DNA of 64,000 nt. Source: Eledone cirrhosa. Its lineage: Eukaryota. Under the pieces are notes generated by a model. The model was not told where the DNA came from. It did not search any database and worked only from the letters and a program-made list of their open reading frames with translations. A program made the translations under genes and the position numbers. The stretch spans positions 74,648,001 to 74,712,000 of the forward strand of contig OZ024741.1 of NCBI GenBank assembly GCA_964016885.1. The letters run 5' to 3'. Shown here one piece after another: positions 1 to 11,936 of this stretch; positions within the stretch are counted from its first letter, which is position 1; every line of letters starts with the position of its first letter.

Positions 1-54
1 TGTTTTATGCTCTAGTGTTTCTTCCAATCTAAATAATAATAATAATAATAATGA

Positions 55-140
55 TTTCTACTATATGCACAAGGGCAGCAATTTTGGGGGAGGGGAAAGT
101 CGATTAAATTGACCCCGTAAGGATAAAAGGCAAATAGATT
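55..140 (-). mobile_element. SINE family A, 3' fragment
   Basis: Matches the gcacaaggccagcaatt...gaccccgtaaggatgaaaggcaaa motif repeated more than 15 times in the window. Confidence 0.7.
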
Positions 141-269
141 CCTTCATACAGTGTTCCCACTGATTTCCCCACAGAGATAGGTAGGGGCAATGGAATAATT
201 TGATTAAGGGCTTATTATTATTGATGGTTTGCACAGCATGTAAATATAGATAGTTACTGGATCTTATAC

Positions 270-900
270 TTCCTGTCAAGCCTCAACAGGAACTTTGAGG
301 TCTATTTGTTTAAGATACTTTCTTAGTTTTACTGGTATCAAACCCAAATCTCTAATGACAACGGGAATAAGCTTGATGTTTGGTGATATTGATCACAATG
401 ATGCTATTTTCATCTTCAAGTCAGTACATTTTGTTATTTTTTTCAATTGTTTTTAAAGGCATCTTGTTTCTTGGGTCGGTAGCATTATAATCAGATATTC
501 ACACCTATTTTTGAGCATAACTACAATATTTAGGTCTGTTGTATTCAAGTTTGCACTCTGTTTGGATAGTGATGTTCCATAGTATCTTGGTTTTATCAGT
601 CATCAAGCACATTTTCTGGGATATGCTGGTACCACATACTGAATGGCTGATATCTATATGCTTAGTACATTGACCAGGAAAGTTACATTGAGATCTTATG
701 TCTTCTTTTATACTCTTTTTGAGATAACATTTTCAAGCGTTCATTATGTAGATGAAACTTTATGTATTAATTTGACATAAATGACACTTCACACTTTCAC
801 CAAGATATTTCCTTTTAACGACTGACAGAGTATGCAAAGCTTAATCTTGGGAGATCAGCAGTGTTTCAGTCTCCCTTTATATATCAGTTCAGGTGACCCA
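270..900 (-). mobile_element. Degenerate R4/Dong-type non-LTR retrotransposon 3' fragment (restriction-like endonuclease region)
   Basis: Minus-strand translation near 520-590 gives LWNITIQTECKLEYNRPNIVV, matching the WDxxIQTD...NRPDIVV motif of RLE-bearing R4/Dong LINEs; frames are broken. Confidence 0.65.
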
Positions 901-1123
901 ATCTCAAGATGTTTCAGTCATTAATTCAGACATCTGTCATTCAAATTGACTATGTATTGTTTTTCCAACTACTGCTTTTCTTTTGTCATGAGTGACATTA
1001 TGTACACTATGGATTTTTGAAAATATTTAAATCTAACTTTTACCGTACTTTTCCTTGGAGGGCATCCAAAAAGAAACATTTTTATATCTCATTTCTGAAA
1101 TTGGGATATTTTAAAAAATAGAG

Positions 1124-1232
1124 TTTCTACTTTTGGCACAAGGCCAGCGATTCCCCCAGTGCACCACTGGTACTTTATTTTATCGACCTCGTAAGGATGA
1201 AAGGCAAAGTTAACCTCGAGGAGAATTTGAAT
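1124..1232 (-). mobile_element. SINE family A, partial
   Basis: gtttctacttttggcacaaggccagc...tactttattttatcgacctcgtaaggatgaaaggcaaagttaacctcg. Confidence 0.8.
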
Positions 1233-2644
1233 GGTCAGCAAATTGGTCAAAATCTTGACTTACCTAATTTGGCCAAACGAATAATTAGTCATATTTGTGA
1301 TGTCGTAATTTTTGAAACTGAGATGGTAATCATCTTTAAATTAAACAAATTAATTGTTGTCCATGGGATAGCAGTTGCCTTTTTTTTCAGGTTCTTGAAA
1401 AGTGAAACACTTATTTGGCAATTTTTAAAATATATATGTGATGCCTATTTTGTTACATGTAACAAACAGTCAATTTTGTGACGTGAGCATAAGCTTCTCA
1501 TGAGTCCTCAGAATTAGCTAAATCCAAAATTACAAGACACTGGGACTTGAGTTTTGCCATATTTGTAGTAGGTACATAACTAAATAAATCCTGAAATTTT
1601 GGGACATGATACCGTTTCAATGAAGTTTTAATAGTCTATTAAAAAAGGCTATAAACAATTAAATTACAGTGATTAAAGGCCATTGCAAGTTTTTCATGTA
1701 TTTTCAGACATGGCTATAGTGTGATCTATTATCTGTAGGGGGTTCAGTTTTGATACACTGGTACAGGGTATAACACTGAATCCTCTCTGTAATTTTAGAG
1801 CTTTACAATATATTTAATAGGTATCCTTGTAGAGATTTGTAGAAGAGGAGACATGCACAGTTTAACCACAAGTTCCTAGGCATAAAAGTTAACCAGAATG
1901 TTACTAACAATCCTGTTACAAAGTTTTAGCAATATTTATCAATAAAATTATTCCATTTTATTTAATTATTAATGAAACTTGCTCAGAATTGCATGTAGGC
2001 ATAGATTAAAAAACAAACAAAATGTAAGCAAACTCATTTGTAGAAGAGACAGAAAAAACCCATAACGAATCGGCACTACTTATGAAAATATAACACTACC
2101 CCAAATTATCCAACTGTAAACAAAATCAGCCAAAAAAAAACAAAACAAAACATTATATCGGACTTTAATAGTCTACAAAATAATTTTTATTGACGAAATT
2201 TGACCAATATTTCATGTACAAGAATATCAGCTAAGTAAAATTCGATCCTTGCTCTCCACACATTAAGACAGTGAGAGGGAATAAACAACATTCCCAATAT
2301 GATGATTCCATGCTAATTTGGGGCTCTAGAAGACTTATGTAGCTCAATTTAGTGGATTTTTTGTAGAAATATGTTTACTTAACTAGTTCATCCATTCTTG
2401 AAATTCTGGCTCAAACTCGATATTTGAAACCTTGGATTTTATATATCTATCTATCTGTTTTTCTGTCTATGTACTTTTGATGTAATAATATATATATATA
2501 ATAATAATAATAATAATACTATTTATAGTTATATATACACTATATACAACTATAAACAGGAAAGGTCAGTAATTCCTTACTACCTTATTACCAGTAAGAA
2601 AAATAGCTCAATGTAAATACATCAGTTGCTTTACAGAGCAGGAA

Positions 2645-3155
2645 TATAAATTACACAATAATCAAAACTATGTTCAAATCATTTTATTGCTGACAATCGT
2701 TTCTTCCAAACTTTCGTTTGGTATCATTGGAGCACTAGCAAAGTTTGGACATATAATTAACTTCCTATTCAACTGAACAATCATATAACATGGATATTAA
2801 TGTTGTCATCAGCAGTTTCGTATTTACAGAGTGGAATGGACGTGACAGAGATTACAAGAGAAATGTATAATAATTAAAGAGGCACAGAGTGGAATGCATG
2901 CGACAGAGATTACAAGCGAATAGTATAATAATTAAAGAGGCATTAAGGTAGAAAGTTACTCGTAAAACGAGGACACAAGCAGTACATATGTACATTATTG
3001 TCCATGTATCTATATGATTGTTCAGTTGAATAGGAAGTTAATTATATGTCCAAACTTTGCTAGTGCTCTGATGATTCCAAATGAAAGTTTGGAAGAAACA
3101 ATTGTCAGCAATAAAATGATTTGAACATAAGTTTTGATTATTGTGTAATTTATAT
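2645..3155. repeat. Inverted repeat (arms about 140 bp, spacer about 230 bp) of a Penelope-like terminal repeat carrying a hammerhead motif
   Basis: About 2645-2785 is the reverse complement of about 3014-3155 with a few substitutions; the spacer contains a direct repeat of about 57 bp (cagagtggaatg...aattaaagaggca x2, about 2827-2943). Confidence 0.9.
3064..3110 (+). ncRNA. Type I hammerhead ribozyme motif (minimal, Penelope-associated type)
   Basis: tgct-CTGATGA-ttccaaa(tgaaag)tttggaa-GAAA-C(aatt)GTC-agca: complete core, 7-8 bp stem II, palindromic stem III ACAATTGT, stem I tgct/agca; predicted cleavage after C3106. Confidence 0.85.
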
Positions 3156-4197
3156 ATATATATATAAACACACACACACATACATATATATGTGTATATA
3201 CACATACATATATACATACGTTGTAAACTATAATATTTATATCCAATCGCTCTCTATTACTTTCTCAAACTCTTCTTTCTTTCTCTACATTTCTATATCT
3301 TTTTCTGAACTATCATTTGCACACTCACACACATGGAGGGGAGAGATAAAGAGAGAAATACACACATTTCGCATAGACATAAACCTACGCATACGCGCAC
3401 TTACACACCCAAGTACCTATGTTCTCAGTAAGATAAACACATGATTGTTGAACATATTGACATATGCATGAACACATATGCATTCCATTTCAGCTCTCAC
3501 CACATGGGAATATGCCATTTTGACAAGTAGTATCATAACGCATTACAAGCATCCATGGTATTCCCCTTTTTATTGACTTGGCACTTTTGTGCCATTGCAT
3601 GGCCAGATTCAGCAATGGCCATATTGAATTCACGAAAAATGTTTCTTTCTTATGGTATAACAATCTTGAAGAAAATATGTTCTTTTCTAAGTGAAAATTA
3701 ACAATAACATTTTTACTTTTATATTTCATAATGATTATCTGACCTACCCCCATTGATTTTTTATATCAAAATAAAGCTTCAAAAGTCCTCTTCATGACTA
3801 TAATTTTCAACACAAATCGAGTTATAGTGCTCCAGTGCATTGAACTAGAACTAGCATTACTGCTCAGCAGTCAAAAACAAAAATGGGACAAACGTTGTAA
3901 ATGGGTGCAAATACAAGAGTGATTGAGGCAACCTACATGATATGTAAGTGTCAAATTTTAATAAAAAGTATATAAGAGGAAAATTCACATCCAGAACTTT
4001 CAAACGATATAATTATCCATGAAAAAAATGTATTTTGACATGAAAACGATCAAGCAAAAAGTGGGGTTATTGTGTGGTCAAACTGTGCTTGTTGCTCTTT
4101 CTATGGAGCTCTACAGTGATATCTAGTGGCATGTCCCTTTCCTTTATTTTATTACCACTATCACCATCATCACCATTATCATTATTATTATTATCAT

Positions 4198-4950
4198 AGG
4201 TCAGTAGATTGGTAATATCAGTAGGGCAGCAGACATCATGCTTTTCAGCATAGAGTTATGTCCCTTTACGTTCCGAGTTAAGATCCCGCCAAGGCTAACT
4301 TTGCCTTTCATCCTTACGGTGTCGATAAAATAAAGCACCAGTAATGCACTGGAGGTAATTGCTGGCCTTGTGCCAAAAGTAGAAACAATTATTATTTTTA
4401 TTTTTCATCTTCACCCTTGCCAGTACATTTGCTTTATTTTATTACCACTATCACCATTATCATTATTAGGGCGGTGGATTGGCAGTATTGGTAGAGGGTC
4501 GGACGCCATGCTTTGACGTATAGAGTTATGGCCCTTTCCATTCTGAGTTCAAATCCCGCCAAGGTTAACTTTGCCTTTCATCCTTACGGGGTTGATAAAA
4601 TAAAGTACCAGTAATGCACTGGGTAATTGCTGGCCTTGTGCCTAACGTAGAAACAATTATTATTATTATTATTTTTCATCTTCACCCTTACCAGTACATT
4701 CACTTTATTTTATTCTACTGTATCTCCCATTTTCATCTTTTACTCTATTACATATATTTTATTATAATTAATAGTGGATTAGCAGTATCGGTAGAGGGTC
4801 AGATGCCATGCTTTGCAGCATAGAGTTACGGCCCTTTATAGTCTGAGTTCAAATCCTGCTGAATTTAACTCTGCCTTTCATCCTTACAGGATCGATAAAA
4901 TTAAGCATCAGTAATGCAATGGCCTTGTGCCAAAAGTAGAAACAATTATT
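4198..4950 (+). mobile_element. Three tandem copies of tRNA-derived SINE family A
   Basis: Copies at about 4198-4390, 4468-4670 and 4775-4950, each with A-box-like tggcagtattggtagag, B-box gagttcaaatcc, body ctttgcctttcatccttacgggg...gataaaataaagtaccag and (ATT)n tail. Confidence 0.9.
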
Positions 4951-5584
4951 ATTAATACTATTATTATTTATTTATTATTTTTTGTCATTTTTGTAAACGT
5001 TTTCACTCCTCCTTTTCTCTTTTACCATTTTATTTAAGTTTATGTATATATATTTAATATAATATATATTTTTACCTTTTATGTTGTCATATTTTTACTC
5101 TTTACCTTTCATTCTTATACCCCACCCTTTAAATCTAAACCTACTTTACTTCCCCAACCCCTACAAACCCACAAGTGTATATAAACTGGATCTCTGGACC
5201 TCTTTCAACATTTTAGATGTGTCTTTGTATATATAAGCTGAGTAGATGTCGAAAAAGAATTGGGTGAAAAGGGCACGTCACCATCATTGTAGCCTGAGTT
5301 GATCGATATTGAAACAATTGTAATATGCAAATAAAGTTTGTACATATGCTGCAACACTGACTTTGACTCTTAAATCTGTTTACACTCTGCTCACTACAGC
5401 TGTAACACTGGAATACAACCCAAATGAAACGGACCTTGTATCAGATTTGAATGCTTCGAACACTATGCCGCCTGTAACTGTTGTTACACACCTAACATAT
5501 ATATATATACACATATACATACACACACACACAATGTATGTGTATATATATATATATATATACATATGCACACTCACATATGAC

Positions 5585-6250
5585 TACAATTGCAGCTGGG
5601 TGCACAACATCAGTCATAAGCTTCATGCTGGCAATGGAAGTCATCTTGTGTGGCACAACCTTTCATGACTGTGAAATGACAATTTGCTCCTTAAAGAAAG
5701 CCATCATGGATGACATAGCATTGTTGGCAAAATACAAGAAGTCACCCCAAGAAGAAACCCCACAGTGTAACATTTGTCAAAGGAAGACAACAAGAAATGA
5801 AGTATGAGGTTGCAGGTTATGTCATGCCAACAACTGCAGAAAAGTCTGTGAAGAGTCCAGGGAGATTGTTCTGTGTGTCGCTCAATGATAGAAGCAAGGG
5901 ACTTAAAATCCCAAAGATGGATGGATTTTCAGTGATAGATAAATCATTACTGTCAGGCAAGTTCAAGCTCTGGTGCATGCAATTTGCCCTATATACCACA
6001 CTGCCATGGCCACTTATTTAATGAAATTGCACTAACTCACGTCGAGACCATTGAGCAGAAATGCAAAAAATCTATATTCACAGGTGGCTTAAGGTGCCAC
6101 AAACCTTTAGCATCGAAGGAAATGGAATACTTTTTGGCCTCTCTAGGATATGAAGATATAGTAGGTCCTACACAGAGCAATAAGAAGGGCCTTGGAAATT
6201 CCCAATTCAGACCAAAATTCATCATGAATCAGGAGAGAAGTGTTGAGGTA
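5585..6250 (+). mobile_element. Degenerate HERO-type (RLE clade) non-LTR retrotransposon RT fragment
   Basis: Broken frames give IAAGCTTSVISFMLAMEVIL, KAIMDDIALL, PTTAEKSVKSPGRLF, IDKSLLSGKFKLWCMQF, EIALTHVETIEQK, DIVGPTQSNKKGLG, which follow HERO-clade RT motifs (GCTISVILF, MDD, VKSLGR, LPGKFKxW, DIVG...GLG). Confidence 0.7.
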
Positions 6251-6280
6251 GTCGATATATAGATATACTCACATATATAC

Positions 6281-6322
<42 letters not shown>

Positions 6323-6384
6323 CACACACATATACATATATAATATAAATATATCCCAAATTAAATTATTGTTGCTGGTGGTGG

Positions 6385-6532
6385 TGGGGTTACCACAGTA
6401 AGTAAGGTACTTAATACACTAGTAGAGTGTAAACATCAATTTTTAATATAGAAATGGCTTCTACAGGACTGTAACTGTTTCATTTGTATGAAATAGTTTT
6501 AGTCCTTTAGAAGTCATTTTTATATTAAATAT

Positions 6533-6536
<4 letters not shown>
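6385..6536 (-). mobile_element. Penelope-like terminal-repeat fragment with fold-back hairpin (6435-6536) centred on hammerhead stem II
   Basis: The reverse strand reads GAAACAG-ttacagtc-CTGTA-gaagcc...gtaccttacttactgtggt, homologous to 43639-43725; arms about 48 bp around loop tttgta. Confidence 0.7.
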
Positions 6537-6560
<24 letters not shown>

Positions 6561-6565
<5 letters not shown>

Positions 6566-6751
6566 AATGAGTAGGACCCCGACGGCTGAGCTCAAGCCGT
6601 TTCGACGGCTAATTTTAGTCCAGAATTAGCCGTCGAAACGGCTTGAGCTCAGCCGTCGGGGTCCTACTCGTTCCTATTACCTACTCTACTACCTTAATAT
6701 TGAGTACTTTGGTGCGTTATGGTCCATCTGGTTCCTTACCACATTTCCTTC

Positions 6752-6752
<1 letters not shown>
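6561..6752 (+). mobile_element. Fold-back element (hairpin 6561-6677) carrying the 3' half of a hammerhead; same family as 61221-61422
   Basis: Near-perfect arms of about 54 bp; the right arm has GAA-ACGGCT(tgagctc)AGCCGT-C (stem III plus GTC triplet); tail ggtgcgttatggtccatctggttccttaccaca is shared with the 61.2 kb copy. Confidence 0.8.
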
Positions 6753-6790
<38 letters not shown>

Positions 6791-7035
6791 ATAGATATAT
6801 ACACAAATATATATACATAAATAGACACACATATATATACACATAAATATACACACATATATATACATACACAAATATACACATATGTACATATATATAT
6901 ATACACATATGTACATGTATATATATATACATAAATATACACATATATATAAGTATATATATTATATATATATATAAGTATACACACATATATATATATA
7001 TATATTTATATATACACACAAACATGTGTGTGTGT
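6753..7035. repeat. (TA)n/(CA)n compound microsatellite
   Basis: Direct observation. Confidence 0.95.
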
Positions 7036-7319
7036 ATAGCCGACAACCTGGAGATTCTGGAGGATACAGTTTAGACAATAGAATCAATAACTGACTTTAG
7101 ATGATTTGACAAATTATGTACATAATGAGGATATTTTTAACAGCGGCACATGGTATTACAATGAGGCTTTAACCAGGTCTGGTTATAGGGAGAAAAGATA
7201 TTATATCCTCACCAAAAAGTATGAATGTGATTAGTAGTAATTCTGTTAATAAAAATAAGAATAAATATACTGAACAAAAAGTATGTCTGTAAATTTCTTG
7301 AATCTTACTATTTTTCTAA

Positions 7320-8050
7320 CAATTGACATGTGCAGCTGGTTTGGAAGTGGTATCACAACTGGCAAGCATACAATCAGTCGGCTGAAATTTGCAGATGACA
7401 TGGTATTACTTAACTTGACAGAAGGTGATCTTTGACTTGCACTTGATAGGTTTGATGCAGAGTGCTGCATGGCTGGAATGAAAATCAGTGCTGCAAAAAC
7501 TGAGACACTCGTCGTCTCAAGGAAGTTTGTGCAGTGTACTCTACATGTGAATAGAGTTTCACTGAAGCAAGTGGAGAAGATCAAGTATCTTGGGGCCCTG
7601 TTCATGAGTGATAGCATGAGAAGGAAGGAAGGTAGGTGTAAAAGCCAAACTCGTTATCTTCAATTTGGTATTTGTGCCAACCCTTACCTATGGTCATGAA
7701 TCTTGGATAATGACCAAATGAATACAATCGCAAATAGAAGCAGCTGAAAAGTGGTTCCTCCGAAGGGTCTTTAGATTAATGTTACTCGCTAGAGATCAGA
7801 ATGTCACTACTTCTCTGAATTGAGAGATAACAGCTTCTATACTATGGGCAAGTGGTCTCAGGAAAGAATCGCTGGACAGATTTTATGGGCAAAACCAACT
7901 TGCAGGAGATCCAGATGGAGACTCCAAGCAAGATGGTTGAATAACATTCATGACCTTGGCTGGTCTTATTAGGGGATCCAGCTGGATTACTTGAAAAGAG
8001 TGTTTGAAGACTCTGTCCCCACAACCCTCTCAAGAACAAGTGGGCGAACA
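7320..8050 (+). mobile_element. Degenerate RTE-clade LINE RT fragment
   Basis: LKFADDMVLL...ALDRFDAECCMAGMKISAAKTETLV...LKQVEKIKYLG, then TYGHESW; contains stops and frameshifts. Confidence 0.8.
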
Positions 8051-8269
8051 AGAAGTAATAAAGCAGCTAATCCTGTAAATACTAACCCCAGGAACATTAA
8101 TAAGCATGATGGTCTGCTTCCTAACTCTCAATCCTCTTTACATCTTAGTAATATTAACCTATCTCATAATACCTCACATATTTTGAATAGTTAATGTACA
8201 AAATCCTACTACTAATAGTACCTATAAACCTCTACATGATGCTACTAACTAACCACATATTAAATCTAA

Positions 8270-9030
8270 AAATCATCAGCACAAAACAACATGGTTTAAG
8301 CCTCCATTCAGAATAAATGTGGCCTCTAATATGCCTAAATTATTCTTCAACATCATAGAGAGAAATTTTCCACCAGAACATAGGTACCATAAATTAATTT
8401 AACAAAAACACTTTTAAAATATCCTTCTCCATGTCACCAAATTTGACTGACTATATAGCCTTTAGTAACCACTGTAAAATCGCAAGACTAAACTGGTACA
8501 CTAAAACACTATCTTGAAAAATTGAATCAATAATATGAATAGTAATACTATACTAACAATTAGTAATCAGAACTTTAACTACATAACACAATCTTTTCTC
8601 TGGCAAAAGTACTAAATCTAATTCTGAATGTAACTGGAATTCCTAGTCATTTCCCCCCAAATGGTTATTGCCTTAAGAAAAATATAGTTTATAAATGTAC
8701 TGTCAATGCCCATAATTCAACTAATTTCTATATAAGTGTTATTAATTCCTTTAAAACTTATTACAATTCCTATATACAATCTTTTAAAAAAACGAGAGTC
8801 CAACCAGCTCCACCTCCTTAGCTCAATTTATTTCTACTTTAAATAATTCTAATACCACTTATCTACAATGGTCTATAACTGATTCCACAGAGGGTTATGA
8901 TTAAGGCAGAAAAACTTGAGCCCTTTTTATTTTGGAAGTTTATGAGATCACTATGTCCTTATGTAAACTCTTAAATCATAGAAATGAACTGATTATAGCA
9001 TGCCCACATCGCTTAGTGTACTCTTTTTTA
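8270..9030 (+). mobile_element. Degenerate Penelope-like element: RT C-terminus plus GIY-YIG endonuclease region
   Basis: Translation gives WFKPPFRINVASN...FFNIIERNFPPEHRYHKL...FNKNTFKISFS and CN...P.NGYCLKKNIVYKCTV, typical of PLE ORFs (WFNPP...HFP...FN.NT.K.SYS; CPL.G.CL...IVYK). Confidence 0.75.
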
Positions 9031-9957
9031 ATAGAAAATATGACCCAGCCTAATTTTTTTGTTTAACTTAATTTTTTTTACTTGTTTCTTTAACCAGTAT
9101 CTATATTAAGAATTAAGTACTTATATATCATATATCTTCTAAACTTTTATCTATGGTATTTGTCAATTATAAGTCTGTCTATACTTGAATGTATACTCAT
9201 ATGTGTATATGATGAAATCTATATATTCATACGCTTGACTATGTTTAAGTAGCTGTGTATATATGTGTATGTATGTATGTGCATGTAGGTACATACATAT
9301 ATGTGTGTGTGTGTGTGTGTGTATGTAAGTGTTTGTCTATAAATGTATATATAGTGATGGTGATCAACATGAGAAATGCACCCAGTATACAATGTAAAGA
9401 ACTTGGTGTTAGGAAGGGCATCCAGCCATAGAAAGCTAGCCAAACAAAGGTTTGGGAGGACCCTTCAGTTGTGTGAAGGACATGACAACCTCCCTGTTGT
9501 TGGTGATCTACATGATAAATGCACCCAGTACATGCTGTAAAGTGGTTGGTGTTAGGAAAGGCATCCAGGTTGGGAGGAGCTATCAGTTTGTGTCAAAAGA
9601 CTTAACAACTTTTTGGCATTCAATAGAACATATGATCATATGTAAGCAGGATGCAGACTCCTTGGACTGTCTGGAAAGTCAGTAACTCAGCTTCATTACT
9701 GACTTGCTCTATCTAGATCCGTCTAACCTTTGCTAGCAGGGAAAGCGGATGTATAATGATGAGGATGTGTCTTTGTATATTTGTGTCTATATTGATATTA
9801 TTATATGTATATATTTCAATTTATGTATATGTAGGAATGCATATGCATGTGTACATATGTAGATATAAGCATCTATATGTCCTTATTAGTATCAATATGT
9901 GATCTCTATCAGGAGTTTATATATAGTTATATACGTGTGTGTGTATATATATATATA

Positions 9958-10300
9958 TCATCATTTCATTTTACGTCCGCTTTTTCCCTGCTTGCAAGGG
10001 TGGGACGGGAACTGATACTGGCTTGATTTCTACAGCTGGATGCCCTTCCTAACACCAACCTCATTTACAGTGAGTGCTAGGTGCTTTTTTTTTTTTTTGC
10101 TGTGGCACCTCTACGACCACTTTGCAGTAGAATGATATGGACCCCAGTCCCTATCATCTCATTTCTACAGCTGAGTAAACTGGAGCAATGTGAAATAAAG
10201 TGTCTTGCTCAAGGAAACAACACATCACCCGGTCTGAGAATTGAACTCACAACCTTTCGATTGCAAGGCCAATGCTCTAACCGCTAAGCCATGTGCCTCC
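9958..10300 (-). mobile_element. SINE family B (tRNA head, CORE-like body, RTE-derived tail)
   Basis: Reverse complement of 11937-12265 with high identity. Confidence 0.9.
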
Positions 10301-10332
<32 letters not shown>

Positions 10333-10394
10333 ATACTTTGGGAGGGTCATGTTGCCAAATTCAGAAACGAAATATATATATATATATATATATA

Positions 10395-11800
10395 TAATAA
10401 TGAAAATATTGTGTACAGTGCTCTATGTATAGTACATAGGGTAATGTACAAACGTCAGGAAAATGAACAGCGCATGAGTATGGAAGGGGGACATCAGGTG
10501 TAGTTTTGGCGAATTTCAGGAAGCATGAGGGTTTTAAAGGATGCAGTGTCTTGGCAGCTAACAACTGATGCAGGCAGTTTGTTCCATGCTTCAGCAACTT
10601 TAAGCGTGAAAAAATGTTTCCGAAAGTCATGGGAGCTGTGCTGTTTTCTGACTTTGTAGGCATGTCCACGTGTGTTAGACACATGGAGATCAAAAAGGTG
10701 CTCAGGGTTGTTGTTGGCGAGATGGTTAATAACTTTGTGGGTGTTTACCAAGTCCATTGCCAGACGTCGGAGCTTCAATGAATCCATGCCAAGGGAAGCA
10801 AGGCGTTCAGAGTATGGTAGGTGTCTGATGGAGGGTATGCGCTTGGTTGCACATCTCTGAACAGTTTCCTGGAGGTCAATGTTCTGAGCAAGATAGGGAT
10901 GCCAGACTGATGATGCGAATTCCAAGTGTGGTCGTACCATAGCTGTATACAGCTTTAAATAGATGGCTCGAGAGCGGCTAACAAAGGTCTTGCTGAGTGA
11001 TGCCAAGACACTCTCGGCCTTCTTGACAATTTTAGAGATGTGCTTTGTCCAACGCAAATCGCTGCTGACAGTAATGCACAGGTCACGTTCACAAGAGGAC
11101 TTCTTGATGTCAGTGTTGTGGAGGGAGTATGTGGACGCTGGATTTTTCCTCCCAAAATGCATGGTGGTACACTTGTCCACAGCCAGCTTCAGTTGCCAGT
11201 CTGTGATCCATTGCTGCATTGTGTCCAGGTCTGATTGTAGGAAAGAGTTATAGATTTCAGGATCTGTCCTTTTGATTTTAAGGTACAGCTTGATATCATC
11301 TGCATATTTCAGTATCGTGGCATTCTTTAAGTTGGCATCTATGTCATTAATGTATGCAACAAACAAAAGGGGCCCAAGAGCAGATCCCTGTGGTACACCA
11401 GATGACATCTCATATGGTGAAGAATGCTGTCCTAGAACTGTGACTACCTCTTTTCTGCTGAGAATGAAGGATTTCAACCAGTTAAAAAGATCATCCTTCA
11501 TACCCATTGCAGAGAATTTTGCCATAAGTGTTTTGTGTGGGACAGAATTAAAAGCCTCAGCGAAGTCAAGGTAAACAACATCCACCCATGATCCAGGTAA
11601 TGTCTTCAAGAAACTCGATAAGCTGATCACAGTAGCTGGAGTTAGGGATAAATCCAAACTGCGAGGGCCGGATGAGGCTGTGAGAGCTCCAGAAGTTCCA
11701 AAGTGTTTCTCTGACACAGGACTCCATCAGTTTGGCAAGGCAGCTAGTAAGACTGACTGGATGACAGTTGACAGGTGACGTGCGGTCGCCCTTTTTGAGC
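10395..11800 (-). mobile_element. 5'-truncated CR1-clade LINE (RT plus C-terminus), frameshifted
   Basis: ORF 10494-11717: LDFAEAFNSVPH, SGVPQGSALGPLLF, YADD, ERDL, VRPHLEFAS, TRGH, WNKLP; the upstream part ([14 protein letters not shown]) is in another frame. Confidence 0.92.
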
Positions 11801-11936
11801 AGGGGAATATATATACATGTATATATAAATATATATATAAATATACATATATATATAAATATATATATAAATATATATATATATATAAATATATATATAA
11901 ATATACATATATATAAATATATATAAAAATATACAT

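Noticed and set aside
1485-1512. Minus-strand CTGAGGA-ctcatgag
   Set aside because: No GAAA follows and stem II has no loop
1240-2440. Possible old non-autonomous DNA transposon (recurrent tttaatagtcta motif)
   Set aside because: No TIRs, target duplication or coding motif could be established by eye
3490-3753. Minus-strand ORF with a G|GTGAGA donor-like site as a possible extra host exon
   Set aside because: No recognisable protein similarity, and the splice phase does not match the 16013 exon
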